A stretch of 64,000 nucleotides of DNA, taken from assembly GCF_027921745.1 (NCBI RefSeq), contig NC_079240.1, positions 124,001 to 188,000 on the forward strand. Direction: 5' to 3'. The stretch's first letter is position 1. Every line of letters begins with the position of its first letter. A model generated the notes under the pieces. It had not been told where the DNA came from. It worked only from the letters and a program-made list of their open reading frames with translations, and did not search any database. A program made the translations under genes and the position numbers. Positions 23,819 to 35,413 of this stretch are shown here, piece by piece. The DNA comes from Schizosaccharomyces osmophilus. Lineage: Eukaryota.

Positions 23819-24377
23819 AGCATTGTTGTTTTATGGCAAGCGAGGATTATGAAACGATGAAACATCATTATCATGATCGCAATCCTGAGTACTGATGGGA
23901 CTAAAAAAAAAAAAAACATAAATTAATGTTTTATTAACAATGACTGATTCTGAACGCATTCACTTACAAAATCATCAGGTTTGCCAGAGTTTGTATCATA
24001 AACTGGCGGTTACCTATATTAGACGGATTGGAACAAAAAAGTGGAATTTTACACTATGGTAATGGGGGTCGAATTAACTAGAGAGTTTTTTTTGGTGGAA
24101 TTTCTGTCACAACCGTTGATACTACAATACTTTCAAACAAACATCATACTAGCATACAAATCGTATTATATGAATTGTGCACTTCGTTATTACATGTTGG
24201 TTAGAAATACAGTATACGACACCAAATGTCGTTAAACTCCATGGATTGCTTCTACATTTTAGCCTTGTAAACTCCAATTTTCTCAAAGCAAAACACATTT
24301 GCAAAAAGAAGGGTAAAGAGGAGTAAGGGGGCTGTATCTTTATAAATTTACCAAGTCTTCATAAAAAAGAAGAAACA

Positions 24378-26285
24378 ATGTCTCTTAAAGTACAGAATCC
24401 AAACAATGTGCGTGTCTATACAGTGTCAGGCGAAGGCGTGACCCAAAAATTGCCGGACTGGATTAGCAAAAAAAAGTTGAAAAAGGATTATGCCTTATCA
24501 CATAGAATTGAGCTTCTTCAAGAGTTCGATTATCCAGAGGCTAGCAACCGCATCAAAGTTACACGAGATGGTAAATATGCCATGTCCACGGGCGTTTACA
24601 AGCCTCACATAAAAGTTTTTGATTTTGCTGAAATGTCGTTAAAATTTGAACGTCATACGGACACAGAGAATGTTCAATTTGAAATTCTTTCGGATGATTG
24701 GACAAAGAGTGTGCATCTACAAGCTGACCGTACGGTGGATTTTCACAGTCAGGGTGGTATTCATTATTCCACAAGAATTCCCAGATACGGTAGAGACCTG
24801 AAGTATCATTTTCCCAGCTGCGATCTCTACCTTGCGGCTGCTGGAGATGAAGTTTATCGTTTGAATTTGGAACAGGGTCGATTCTTAAACCCGTTTAAGA
24901 TCGAAAGTGCTACCAGCGAAGAACCGACTGCTGGTGTGAATGTATTGGACATTAATCCATTGCATCAATTGTTGGCATTTGGTACCGATGCTGGTACTGT
25001 CGAATTTTGGGATCCTCGCGATCGTTCTCGAGTCGGCATTTTGGAAATGCCCTCTACTGTGCCTTCTTCTCCCTACACAAGTGCCAATCGTGCAGTCACT
25101 GCTTTGAGTTTTCGTAATGATGGTCTTAATCTCGCCGCTGGTTTATCTGACGGTGTATCTCTCTTATATGATTTGCGTTCTCCAAATCCCTACATGACTA
25201 AAGACCAAGGTTACAGCTTGCCTGTCAAAAACGTAAGCTGGCTTGACAGTGCTTTGGATGGCAGTGCCCGTGTTCTTACTGCAGATGCCAAAATTATCAA
25301 GATTTGGGAGAAGGATACGGGAAAACCATTTACCGCTATTGAACCTTCTGTAGATTTGAACGATGTGTGCCCGGTTCCTAATTCTGGCCTAATTTTCACT
25401 GCCAACGAGGGATCTCCTATGCATGCCTTTTATGTCCCTTCACTAAATCCCGCTCCTCGCTGGTGTTCCTTCCTTGACAATATTACAGAAGAAATGGAAG
25501 AAAACCCTACTCCCACAATTTATGACAACTATAAGTTTGTTACCAAAAAGGAACTTCTTAGTCTTGGTTTGGATCATCTTGTTGGAACGGGCGTTATTCG
25601 TGCTTACATGCACGGATTTTTCATCGACTCGCGTTTGTATGAAAAGGCTCGTTTGATTGCAAATCCCTTCTCTTACGAAGAGCATAGAAAGAAAGCCGTT
25701 AAAGAACGTCTTGAGAAGAAGCGTAGCAGTAAGATTCGTGCCCAGAATCGTCCCAAGGTTAATGCTACCTTGGCAACTCGTCTTGCTCACCAAGAAGCCA
25801 AGCTACGTAAGAAGGTTGGAGAAGAGAATGCACCCAGTATTCTTGAGGATGATCGTTTCAAGAATGCTTTCACTAATAGGGACTTTGAAGTTAATGAAGA
25901 TACACTTGAATTTAAACAACTAAACCCCACCAAATCGACTAAACCTCAACTCACTGCTGCTGAAGAATCGGATGAAGAACACGAGCACACAAAAGGTGTA
26001 CAATTAAGTTCAGATGAAAGTATTATGTCTGACGAAGATGTGGAAGAGCATGAAACATTTGATAATATATTGTCGAAGAGACAAACCGATCATGACAATA
26101 AGAAGCAAAAGGGAACCGAACAAACTATTCGCAGTACACCTTCTGGAATGGAAATGTCGTTCCAAGTTGAGAAGAAGAAGAAGAATAAACCAAGAGGTCA
26201 AAATGAAGAAGCTCTCAGCGGGAAAAAGAGGCAGAATACCGAAGGCCGTCGTTCTGCTAGCAAAAACGTTTTCCGGCAAATTTAG
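24378..26285 (+). CDS. enp2: SSU processome WD40 protein Enp2/NOL10
   Basis: RIELLQEF..PEASNRIK..RDG; APRWCSFLDNITEEME; DDRFK..F..DFEV (NUC153-like). Confidence 0.93.
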   Translation: MSLKVQNPNNVRVYTVSGEGVTQKLPDWISKKKLKKDYALSHRIELLQEFDYPEASNRIKVTRDGKYAMSTGVYKPHIKVFDFAEMSLKFERHTDTENVQFEILSDDWTKSVHLQADRTVDFHSQGGIHYSTRIPRYGRDLKYHFPSCDLYLAAAGDEVYRLNLEQGRFLNPFKIESATSEEPTAGVNVLDINPLHQLLAFGTDAGTVEFWDPRDRSRVGILEMPSTVPSSPYTSANRAVTALSFRNDGLNLAAGLSDGVSLLYDLRSPNPYMTKDQGYSLPVKNVSWLDSALDGSARVLTADAKIIKIWEKDTGKPFTAIEPSVDLNDVCPVPNSGLIFTANEGSPMHAFYVPSLNPAPRWCSFLDNITEEMEENPTPTIYDNYKFVTKKELLSLGLDHLVGTGVIRAYMHGFFIDSRLYEKARLIANPFSYEEHRKKAVKERLEKKRSSKIRAQNRPKVNATLATRLAHQEAKLRKKVGEENAPSILEDDRFKNAFTNRDFEVNEDTLEFKQLNPTKSTKPQLTAAEESDEEHEHTKGVQLSSDESIMSDEDVEEHETFDNILSKRQTDHDNKKQKGTEQTIRSTPSGMEMSFQVEKKKKNKPRGQNEEALSGKKRQNTEGRRSASKNVFRQI

Positions 26286-26896
26286 ACAAATAATTGGGTT
26301 TATGTTAAATATGTAGCTTTTAAAAAGCTTTTTTTGGTTCAATAATTAAAATGGATATTTGGGATAATTGGTGTTTGGTGTTTTGTGTGCGGATATTTAG
26401 TGTATGAAACAAATTTAATAGATTTCAATAGAGAATAATATTATTTATGCTTTTAAGGATTGTTCTCAAAATAAGCAAGATATCTGACGTTTGATCACTG
26501 TCAGTCATTGTCGTTCAAAGAAGATAGCTACTAGTGACTATGAAAAAGAACGATAGACGAGCATCTAAATGGTATAACGTATATCTATCATCCTTTGTAT
26601 ATTAGCATACTTGTTGAAACCATAGTGGCTTTATTATCAGTAGTTGGAGCATTTCACGGAATTGTACGCTCTTGGAATTAACCAACCAACGACTCCATTT
26701 TTGATACTTTTCATTCTTCTCCTTGTACAACAATTAAAGGGGATTTTATATTGTATATTATATATTTGATTTAAACGTCAAATGCACTTTCTATAGAGAG
26801 GTATATTCAAAGGTATAGTTGCGTTTCTTTATGAAAGAGTTCTAATGTATAATTCAAGGGTTGGATAGCTCGTACTCTTTTGAAAATAAATCAATA

Positions 26897-27997
26897 ATGA
26901 ACGAAGATAACTTATTAAGGAATCAAAATACCATCACAGACAGGAAAAAAAGCATTGAAGGACCGGAGATGTCCAACCGAAAACAAATACAACCTAATAT
27001 TAGAGAAGAGAGGAAATCAGGCCAATACAGAAGAAGAGACTACTACACAAGCAATGAAGAAGAGAATTATTCAAGGAACAGAGATGATTTTTCCAATCGA
27101 GATGTTGTTCGAACTCATTATAATGCACGACCTGATATGGGTACAAGGAAGCGACAGTTTTCCCCTATTATCCAGTTAAAGCGTTTCAATAATTGGATCA
27201 AGTCTGTACTTATTCAAAAATTCACCCCAAAGGTGGATGATAAGCCGTTACTCGTGCTCGATTTAGGCTGTGGGAAAGGCGGTGACTTAATTAAATGGGA
27301 TAAAGCTGGTATCGAAGGATACATAGGTATTGATATCGCTGAGAATTCAATCGACCAGGCGAAAAGACGGTACCGTGAACTTCAGCCATGCTTTGATGCT
27401 CTATTTTATGCAGGAGATTGTTTTTCTCGCTCCATTGGCGAGTTTCTACCTCCAGATCAACGACAGTTTGATATAGTGTCTCTACAGTTTTGTTTGCATT
27501 ATGCTTTTGAAAGTGAACAGAAGGCTAGAATACTTTTGGAAAATGTCTCGAAATGTTTGCCTCGCGGTGGTATTATGCTTGGTACAATTCCAAACTCGGA
27601 TATAATTTCTCAACGCTTGAAAGAGTTACCCCCTTCTGCGGATTCTTGGGGGAATGGTATCTACAAAGTACGTTTTACACAGCGACCGTCTCACACCTTC
27701 CGCCCTCCTTTTGGTATTCAATATTTTTTTTATTTAGAAGATGCCGTAACCGATGTTCCTGAATACGTTGTTCCGTTTGAGGCATTTCGTGCAATCGCAG
27801 AGACGTACGATTTAGAATTGTTATGGCAAAAACCGTTTGTGGACATCTTCAATGAGGAAAAAAATTCGGAAACATTTGGTAATTTGATGGATCGCATGAA
27901 GGTAGTTGACAGTAATGGAAAGAGAGGAATTGATCCCAAAGAGCTAGAAGCTGCCAGCTTTTACTTGGCGTTTGCTTTCGAAAAACGAGGGATCTGA
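26897..27997 (+). CDS. pcm1: mRNA cap (guanine-N7) methyltransferase; start uncertain (26897 or 26969)
   Basis: LKRFNNWIKSVLI, VLDLGCGKGGDL, QFCLHYAFE, PEYVVPF. Confidence 0.93.
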   Translation: MNEDNLLRNQNTITDRKKSIEGPEMSNRKQIQPNIREERKSGQYRRRDYYTSNEEENYSRNRDDFSNRDVVRTHYNARPDMGTRKRQFSPIIQLKRFNNWIKSVLIQKFTPKVDDKPLLVLDLGCGKGGDLIKWDKAGIEGYIGIDIAENSIDQAKRRYRELQPCFDALFYAGDCFSRSIGEFLPPDQRQFDIVSLQFCLHYAFESEQKARILLENVSKCLPRGGIMLGTIPNSDIISQRLKELPPSADSWGNGIYKVRFTQRPSHTFRPPFGIQYFFYLEDAVTDVPEYVVPFEAFRAIAETYDLELLWQKPFVDIFNEEKNSETFGNLMDRMKVVDSNGKRGIDPKELEAASFYLAFAFEKRGI

Positions 27998-28332
27998 ATA
28001 AAACCGTACTTTAATTTACAAAAACAAGAAGCTATTAAACTTTTTTTTGAGGTTTTTATACCAACTATTAGCGCTGTTTATGTTCAGCAACTTCTTTTAT
28101 AATTTTCCTGTAATATAAGCGAAAGCTTATTTCGAGCTTGTCGCGAGCTCAGTCGAAGTGCCTTTCCTCTGGGATACAATAGACTCAGTATCCTTTTGCC
28201 ATATCCTTTACGGACAGATCAGTAAGAAAACACGAGTGGCAAGTTGAAATTGAGCATATATATTTTGTAAATTGTATTATAGATGAATACTGAATTGCTT
28301 CCGTGTAACTTCAATCGAATTTCGTTAATTCA

Positions 28333-31300
28333 ATGAGTCTTTTGCTTTTCGCTTACTATTTTTGCAACGACATACGCTCTTTTCAGACGCTATTAAGACA
28401 AAATGATATAAAACCACGAGAGCCAAGAAAGGGCTTGTCGGAAAAAAGCCCTTCAACCTTGAATGTAAATACTAAAGATCGTTATGGACGCACCGTTCTT
28501 CATATAGCCGCATTCGAGAAGAAAAACAATTTTGTTCGAGCCTTGTTGCAACATAAAAATATAGACGTGCTCATTCAAGATGAAGAATCCGGTTATACTG
28601 CTTTACACCGTGCTATTTATGCAGGAAATCTTGAAGCTGCTTCCTTATTACTCACAAAAGAGCCTTCTATTCTTTTAAAAGTGAAGGATCATGAAGGACT
28701 ATCTCCTTTTCAATTACTGTATAGAGTATATTCTTGGACTCATCCGCAAAATAGTTTTCCAATTTTAGGAAACGAGCTTTACAGTCTTGGGAACAATGAA
28801 AATAGTATTCTCGGCTTTACGGTTTCAGGAAGTCAAGATATGGCTAAAAGAGTGTTTCTGTACCGTAAGCAAACACCCAACTCATCAGCTGGTCAACTCT
28901 TTCATCCAGACAAAATAATTGACATTCAGTCTTCAAAATTTCATACTCTGGTTGCCACAGATGAGCCGAGTCCAAATGTATATTCTTGTGGTATTGGAGC
29001 CGGTGGTAGACTCGGTTTTAGAAAAGATGCCCAATACACTTTTACTCCTGTGTCAGACTTACCGTACAAAGTGGTGCAAATATCTGTAAGTCAAAATCAT
29101 TCTCTCGCCTTAACAGATTTTGGAAATGTCTATGCTTGGGGATTGAATACCTTTTCTGCTCTAGGATGTAACGTGGATAGTTCGAAGAAAGAAGATTTTA
29201 TTCAAGTGTCCCCCAAACGAATCTCTGCATTTAAGGACTTGAACATTGTTGGGGTTGTCGCAGGTGACACTTATAGTGCTGCCTGGACGCATTCTGATTT
29301 ATATACTTGGGGCCAAAATGAAGGACAGCTTGGCCATCCGGACGATTCTTTTATAATATCTACTCCACGTCGAGTAGCCGGTATAACTTCCCCTGTGGTT
29401 AAGGCGACTTGTAATTCACATAGTCTTATATTATTGTTGGACAACAACACAGTGTTAATTCTGTCAAACTATGTGCAAATGAAGGTGCCCGTGGCTATAG
29501 ATATAGAAAGTCCACTTACCTTTACTAAACACCCTTTATCTCTATCACGCTTTAATATTAGAAAAGTCGAGGCTTGCGAGGATAATTTGGCAATACTTAC
29601 TGAACAAGGAGAGGTGTTTGTTGTTGATCTAATGCCTTTGCGATCCATTAGAGAACAAAAGCAAGGTTCCTTATCTACAAAAATAAATAGCAAGAGTTCT
29701 TTTAAAATCACTTCATTTTGGTCGGTATTGTCACCAGAGAATGCAGCAATTGATGTTGCTTGGGCTGATAGTAATAGTCTTTTGTTATGCCTGAAAAACG
29801 GCACGTGTTGGATTCGTCAAATTCGTTCTAAGAAACGTGAAAAGGCATCTTTAAAGCAGAGTACTAAGGGAATCTACAAATACTCTTGTATCGAAAATAT
29901 ACAAATGATAACGAATGTTCGAACGAACGGTTCCGGAGGAATTTTTACAATTAGAAATGATTATCGTCCTCCCCATATCCTTTTTACCATCCCCGAGCTG
30001 AATGATGTATTCACTTCTCTTCTTCCATATAGAAATATCTTGCATAAAAGGAATCCCACTCTTAAAGCAGCAGAAGACGAAGATAGCCCACCATATTATG
30101 ATGACGACCGTGATCCCACGGAAGATGAGATGCGAATTCTTTTTTTTAATCCAGGAATAATAGTCAATAGTTATAGCAACTATAAGAGTTCGTCAGCTGA
30201 TGTGTGTTTACGATGCGTTAATGAGATTTTCTGGTGTCATGAATTTCTTTTATCGGCCCGTTCTCCTGTTCTTCGACAAATACTTTGTACTAATAGAAAC
30301 GCCAAAAAGGCATATTTGGAATATCGAGTTGATGAAAAAGGGGAACCTACTCTGGTTATTAATGATGTATCTGCTTTGAGCGTCGCTGTGCTTTTGCATT
30401 ATCTTTATTCAGATTCTCTTCTTCAACCCTGGAAGTGTGACTCAAGATTAATGTATCTTAAAGAAGAGTTACTAAAACTTAGCAGGATTTTAGACTTACC
30501 TCACTTGCATGAGGTTTTACCATTTACAGCTCCTCGTCAGCCTGTAATGTCATTAGCCAAAGACATAAATTCTCTCTTTATGAACAAGACTGCCTTCGAA
30601 CATTCATGTGATACGATTGTAAAATTAGAGGATGGAGAACTAAAAGCGAATAGTTTATTGTTGAGAATTCACAGTGATTTCTTTGATTCATTTTTCTTGT
30701 TTTTGGACGGACAAGTGCATTCCAAATCTGAATATTATATAGTCAATTTACCTGATAAGAGTCTTTTCCATTTTGGACTCATTCTTCGTCATATATATGG
30801 AAGTGGAGACTTGGAGATTCTCAATGATATTAAGGACTATGATTTCTACAGTTGGCTGGAGACGATGACAGTTATGCTGAGTATATCTGATGAGCTTCTA
30901 TTTTTTCGACTGAAGGAAATATGTGAGCAATCTTTGCTTCGATTTTTGAATTTGAAAACACTGAATGATATGTTTGAGTTGTCTTCTTGTTACCATGCAG
31001 ATTCGCTTTATAACCGATGCGTTGACTATGCGTGTCATAACATAGGTTATTTTTTGGAAAAAAATCGATTAAACGAATGGGAAGCTAAACATCTCGGCAA
31101 GGTTTCAAAACGCTTAGAATTGGCTTTACAAGAGCAAAGTTCCCACACTCAACCCAATAAGGTACTCAATAAGCTGCTATTTAGAAATGCAAAGTATTTA
31201 GAAGAAAAAGCATATGAATTAAAAGTTCTGCGAGAGTTCCTCTTTTCAGGTGAATCGACAGAGTTTTGGGATAAATCTCCTTATCGGATAATCAAAGAAA

Positions 31301-32358
31301 ATGATGTTGCTTTTTCCCAAAGCCGGCCACCGACAGTGGCTAACGACTTGTCTGAGCAAATAGTTGGACCAGCCAGAATTACTGAAGCTGAAACGAAGCA
31401 GGAGAAGAAAGATGGTTTTGCAAGAAGAGAAAGCCCAGAAGTATTGGAACAATCCCAAGGGTTGTTGTCGTTTAAAGATAAAAGCTTCACATCACCAGGG
31501 ACACCTATTACCGAAAACACTAATGGAGAACCTATTATCAAAGAGGAGGGTATAAAAAGCTTCTTGAACACTGAACGAAAAGGTCCCTGGAACAGTACGC
31601 TAAATATAGTTGAAAATGCTAAGAAACCTACGAATCGTGCGAATTTGAGAGAATTACTTGATGAAGCTAACGGTGTGGGTCAGTCTATGCCAAACAACGA
31701 GTTTCGTGGTATGAAGGGCGTAATGAAAAAGTCGCAGAAAGAAAAGAAAAAGGAGTTATCTAAGCAGCAACAGCCAATTCGCAAGGGTGGTGTACACGGA
31801 TCAAACCCGGAACTCGTTGAAACAGCAGCGAACGCGTGGTCAATGAGAAAACCTACGGCTCCTCCATCTAAAAAACCATTCAATGGAATTCTTCGAGAAG
31901 TAGCTAGCAATGAAGCACCTTCCCAAATATTTTACAAAGAACCGAAAAGACGTATATCGAGTGGATCTCCGTCTAGTTGGAATACATCAGGAAAACCTCC
32001 CAGTCAACCTTCATCATTGCCTAAGAGTGGAGCACAAACGAATTCGTTGATGGCGATTATGTATGAGCAACAAGAAGAAATAGAAGAGCGAAAAAAAAGG
32101 CTGGCAAACAGAAAACCGATAGAGGAAATACAACAGGAAGAAGAGTTTCAAAAATGGTGGGAGGAAGAAAGTCGTAAAGTTCAGAAGGGACTAGGAATCA
32201 AAAAAACAGAGGAGGAAGCGAATGAAAACCCTTCTCGGAGACGAAGGCCAAAGAAAAACGACAAAAAGAACGTTTCGTCCACGAATGAATCAAAGTCTCA
32301 ACCTATAGATATTCCTCCGGCGAGTTTCAAAAAGGGTAAAAGCCGAGTATATCGGTGA
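28333..32358 (+). CDS. btb1: Ankyrin/RCC1/BTB protein (IBTK-like Cul3 adaptor)
   Basis: N-terminal ankyrin repeats (DEESGYTALHRA), RCC1 repeats, two BTB-like regions, EIQQEEEFQKWW tail. Confidence 0.88.
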   Translation: MSLLLFAYYFCNDIRSFQTLLRQNDIKPREPRKGLSEKSPSTLNVNTKDRYGRTVLHIAAFEKKNNFVRALLQHKNIDVLIQDEESGYTALHRAIYAGNLEAASLLLTKEPSILLKVKDHEGLSPFQLLYRVYSWTHPQNSFPILGNELYSLGNNENSILGFTVSGSQDMAKRVFLYRKQTPNSSAGQLFHPDKIIDIQSSKFHTLVATDEPSPNVYSCGIGAGGRLGFRKDAQYTFTPVSDLPYKVVQISVSQNHSLALTDFGNVYAWGLNTFSALGCNVDSSKKEDFIQVSPKRISAFKDLNIVGVVAGDTYSAAWTHSDLYTWGQNEGQLGHPDDSFIISTPRRVAGITSPVVKATCNSHSLILLLDNNTVLILSNYVQMKVPVAIDIESPLTFTKHPLSLSRFNIRKVEACEDNLAILTEQGEVFVVDLMPLRSIREQKQGSLSTKINSKSSFKITSFWSVLSPENAAIDVAWADSNSLLLCLKNGTCWIRQIRSKKREKASLKQSTKGIYKYSCIENIQMITNVRTNGSGGIFTIRNDYRPPHILFTIPELNDVFTSLLPYRNILHKRNPTLKAAEDEDSPPYYDDDRDPTEDEMRILFFNPGIIVNSYSNYKSSSADVCLRCVNEIFWCHEFLLSARSPVLRQILCTNRNAKKAYLEYRVDEKGEPTLVINDVSALSVAVLLHYLYSDSLLQPWKCDSRLMYLKEELLKLSRILDLPHLHEVLPFTAPRQPVMSLAKDINSLFMNKTAFEHSCDTIVKLEDGELKANSLLLRIHSDFFDSFFLFLDGQVHSKSEYYIVNLPDKSLFHFGLILRHIYGSGDLEILNDIKDYDFYSWLETMTVMLSISDELLFFRLKEICEQSLLRFLNLKTLNDMFELSSCYHADSLYNRCVDYACHNIGYFLEKNRLNEWEAKHLGKVSKRLELALQEQSSHTQPNKVLNKLLFRNAKYLEEKAYELKVLREFLFSGESTEFWDKSPYRIIKENDVAFSQSRPPTVANDLSEQIVGPARITEAETKQEKKDGFARRESPEVLEQSQGLLSFKDKSFTSPGTPITENTNGEPIIKEEGIKSFLNTERKGPWNSTLNIVENAKKPTNRANLRELLDEANGVGQSMPNNEFRGMKGVMKKSQKEKKKELSKQQQPIRKGGVHGSNPELVETAANAWSMRKPTAPPSKKPFNGILREVASNEAPSQIFYKEPKRRISSGSPSSWNTSGKPPSQPSSLPKSGAQTNSLMAIMYEQQEEIEERKKRLANRKPIEEIQQEEEFQKWWEEESRKVQKGLGIKKTEEEANENPSRRRRPKKNDKKNVSSTNESKSQPIDIPPASFKKGKSRVYR

Positions 32359-32781
32359 ATTCGTTTGTAGATTATACATAAAAAAGACACAAGTCTTATA
32401 AAATGACATACATGATGTGTGAAATTACTTATTTATTACTGTGCTATATATTCCGGCGATTACTTAATGGACATAGAATGAAATTTACTTAATTAACTAT
32501 CAAGTAATATCGGCCGTAATTCAAAGCTTCTTTTTCGTAAATTACTTGCTCTCGAAGAATTGGGCATAGTATTTACTAAAAAATTGGAGTGGATATTCAT
32601 CACCACAAGACTGAAGCATGTATAAAAAAGAAAAAAAAAATTAGAAAATATAGAGGGGGTGGGCAACTTAAGCAATTAAACATTTGACGTGAAAAGGAAC
32701 TTACGAACTTGAAATAGCAAGTTAAGAGAACGCAAGTACGAATAATATGTTTATTTTCCAACCAGCATGGCATGGATGAAC

Positions 32782-33339
32782 TTAAACAAAAGAAAGGTAG
32801 CCAGAAGTTAACACAGATGCGATGAGAACAGCATAACCAGTACGGTAGACACCTTTAAGAGTTAATTCTTTGGCGGTGTCCCAAATCAAATGACGAAGTC
32901 CGTTAAAAATGTGGAAAGTAAAAGGATAGGAGACGGCGAATTTGGCAGGAACCTTTATCCATGTAGGAATTTGTTGAAGAAGACTAGAGATGGTTTCAGT
33001 ATCAAGAGAATAGCCAGCCAAAGGAGCAACTAAGTATCCAGTAGCAAAAAGATAAAGAGTACCAGCCAAGGCAACACCAGTGACACGGTGGAGACTGGAC
33101 AAGTACCAAGTTAGTTGAGGTTCATAGATGCTCAAATGGGGAGAATTGGGACGATGAAGACGCTGGTCAGCAAGGCGGGAACGGCCCTCCATGTCCGTCA
33201 TGTGTTCAGTAACGACGGAGCGTTTCCAAACATTATTCAACAAAGAAGAGGAAGCCAAAGAGTTGGAGGGACGCAACAATTGAGAGGCAGAACGGAAGAA
33301 TCCGGGAGAAAGAGAATGAAATGTACGGGTAGCAAGCAT
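32782..33339 (-). CDS. sdh3: Succinate dehydrogenase cytochrome b subunit
   Basis: RPNSPHLSIY, SSLHRVTG, HIFNGLRHLIWD; mitochondrial presequence-like N-terminus. Confidence 0.95.
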   Translation of the reverse strand: MLATRTFHSLSPGFFRSASQLLRPSNSLASSSLLNNVWKRSVVTEHMTDMEGRSRLADQRLHRPNSPHLSIYEPQLTWYLSSLHRVTGVALAGTLYLFATGYLVAPLAGYSLDTETISSLLQQIPTWIKVPAKFAVSYPFTFHIFNGLRHLIWDTAKELTLKGVYRTGYAVLIASVLTSGYLSFV

Positions 33340-33599
33340 GGTTGAGTAGTTTCGCTGAAGACAGAAGGTAGGGTAAAGAACTTCGAAAAGTTTGTTTTTC
33401 ACTCTTAAAATAATCAAAAAATAAGTCTTAAACCGTGGATCGTGTCCCGTCTAATCCTCAAACTCACAAAAACAAATTAAACAGTGGTTTGTAGCGAATG
33501 GAATTGTAATCCTAGCTATTGGAGGGCATAACGACAATATCGGGACTTGCTAAAGAAGCGAGATGGTGCGCACTGCAACGAGGAAATGATGTAGTCGAG

Positions 33600-33610
33600 G
33601 GTTCGAATCC
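33600..33610 (+). promoter_or_regulatory. Isolated TFIIIC B-box (ETC/COC-like) in the sdh3/rpc37 divergent promoter
   Basis: Exact GGTTCGAATCC; T6 at 33624-33629; no tRNA cloverleaf can be folded around it. Confidence 0.7.
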
Positions 33611-33862
33611 CAAGGAGACCTTCTTTTTTGTTTGAATTTTACCATTCGCCTTTACTGAGTGTTTGTAAAGAGTGTGTGGTTTCTTGAGGATACCTTAGAT
33701 GAAACTGAGATCTTGAAATAAATTATCATTTTTTGAGTTATCTTTGGAATTTTTGCTTAAAATCAACCGTGTTTGAACGAACGGAAATCATTGTGCTTTT
33801 TGTCTGGCAGAAGAGATAATTACTAGTCATTGGATTAAAGAAGCGCTTTCATAAGGTAAAGA

Positions 33863-34582
33863 ATGTCTCAGCAGGACGTACATATGAACGAAAGAATTGA
33901 ATCTCCAGAATCACAAGATGATCCTGTGGTGAGAACTCTACCTGTATACTATTCGCCTGCCCTTCGGAACCATTTACTCTTGAATCAATATCCTTTAAGA
34001 CCAAAGAATCGCGAATACAGCAGTAGGACGGGAGAAACACCGATGAATGCGCGCATCAAGCCCAAAACCGGGTGGATGGAGATGGAAGTGCCTATTCCTA
34101 CAGCAAATTACTTTGACGAAGACAAAGCAAAAAAATATAGTGCTGAAAACCAGCCATTAAGGACACAAGTGCTTGCGGGCCGCCTTCAACAGCCGCAAAC
34201 AAACCTGATGGTAGGATTGATTCGTAATGGTCAAATTCATATTGTTCCTTTGCGCGGATTAACACAATTACGTCCTTCTATGCGACATGTAGATGACCAT
34301 ACACAACGGGTAAAAGCCTCTACTACTTCTACAACATCACAGCCTAACGCTTCCTCTTCCCGTGGACCCGTTCGTGCCATCCAAGTGACAGCTAAGCAAA
34401 ATACAGAGGCTCCCAAGCTGTCGACGACCCATATAATTCGGGCAACAGAAGAGGAAGAGTGGCAATCGGTTGAGATTCGGGAAAATGAAGAAGCCCACAC
34501 AGTTGCTAAACAGTTGGAGTGTCCCTTAGAACATCAACCTAATGAGTGCACACCAGCGGACGTAGAATACTCGTTTCTTTAG
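33863..34582 (+). CDS. rpc37: RNA polymerase III subunit Rpc37 (RPC5/Sin-N)
   Basis: DDPVVRTLPVY, LNQYPLRP, QIHIVPL..LTQLRPS. Confidence 0.9.
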   Translation: MSQQDVHMNERIESPESQDDPVVRTLPVYYSPALRNHLLLNQYPLRPKNREYSSRTGETPMNARIKPKTGWMEMEVPIPTANYFDEDKAKKYSAENQPLRTQVLAGRLQQPQTNLMVGLIRNGQIHIVPLRGLTQLRPSMRHVDDHTQRVKASTTSTTSQPNASSSRGPVRAIQVTAKQNTEAPKLSTTHIIRATEEEEWQSVEIRENEEAHTVAKQLECPLEHQPNECTPADVEYSFL

Positions 34583-34876
34583 GATAATTGGGATAAACAA
34601 AATGGGGTTTACTTATACAATTTCAATGGAAATGAAAGTAGCATATATAATTTTGGCGTATTCTATACTTTTAGTATCGGTCTCCATGTACAATTGTCCT
34701 GAAACTCGAATCATTGTCATTAATAGTCTCTTTCATTAGAGATGAAAATACAGCTTACCCTTAAGCCACTATGTTAAAAATACCGCAATGGATGTCTACG
34801 TTTTTTACATCTACTAGTACAAACTCAAAGAAACTCCATAACCCAAGAAATCATGCTTATTGATTTTTAAAAAAAT

Positions 34877-35326
34877 CTACTGACTAGCAGCAGCCTTGGC
34901 GTTCTTGATGGCTTGACCACGGGCAGCGCCGGCGGCAGACTTGGCATTGCCAGTCTTCTTCTCGGATTGAGAAGTAGTCTTCTTGTCCTTGGCTTGCTTC
35001 AAAGCGGAAGCACGAGCAGCAGCACGGACTTCAGGGCGTTGGTTACGCTTTTCCTTGATAACATCCACAGAAGCACCGACAACACCACGTTGGTGCTTAA
35101 CAGTACGGCGAGAACGCTTCTTGGCAGATTCCTCAGAGAGACCCTTCTTGTGCATACGACGGTAGAGGACAGTCCATGACAAACGACGGGGGTTCTTGCG
35201 TTGGAGGAAGAGGCTCTCAGACTTCTTGTTTACAAAACGAAAAACCTTGTTGTCTCCACGAACAAAGAGTCTTCCAGCTCCTGGGTAAACTTTAGCACCG
35301 GAGAATGAGCAGATTTCCACCTTCAT
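34877..35326 (-). CDS. rpl24: 60S ribosomal protein L24 (eL24)
   Basis: [29 protein letters not shown]. Confidence 0.97.
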   Translation of the reverse strand: MKVEICSFSGAKVYPGAGRLFVRGDNKVFRFVNKKSESLFLQRKNPRRLSWTVLYRRMHKKGLSEESAKKRSRRTVKHQRGVVGASVDVIKEKRNQRPEVRAAARASALKQAKDKKTTSQSEKKTGNAKSAAGAARGQAIKNAKAAASQ

Positions 35327-35394
35327 TATGCCTTGTTGTTCGTGGTCGTTATAGTCAAAAATATTTCCTTACCGGGTTTGTGTTTCGAATATAG

Positions 35395-35413
35395 CAGTCA
35401 CTTACCCTAACCT
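35395..35413. promoter_or_regulatory. HomolD and HomolE-like boxes of the ribosomal protein promoter
   Basis: CAGTCAC(T) 35395-35402 next to ACCCTAACCT 35404-35413, about 70-90 nt upstream of the rpl24 ATG. Confidence 0.7.

Noticed and set aside
22886..23919. Short ORFs over the tRNA/5S cluster; search for a 5S-flanked wtf/wag cassette
   Set aside because: The ORFs are by-products of RNA genes; there is only one 5S copy and no adjacent multi-exon TM gene
33520..33630. Possible tRNA gene near rpc37
   Set aside because: No acceptor, D or anticodon stems; only the B-box is present (reported as a finding)
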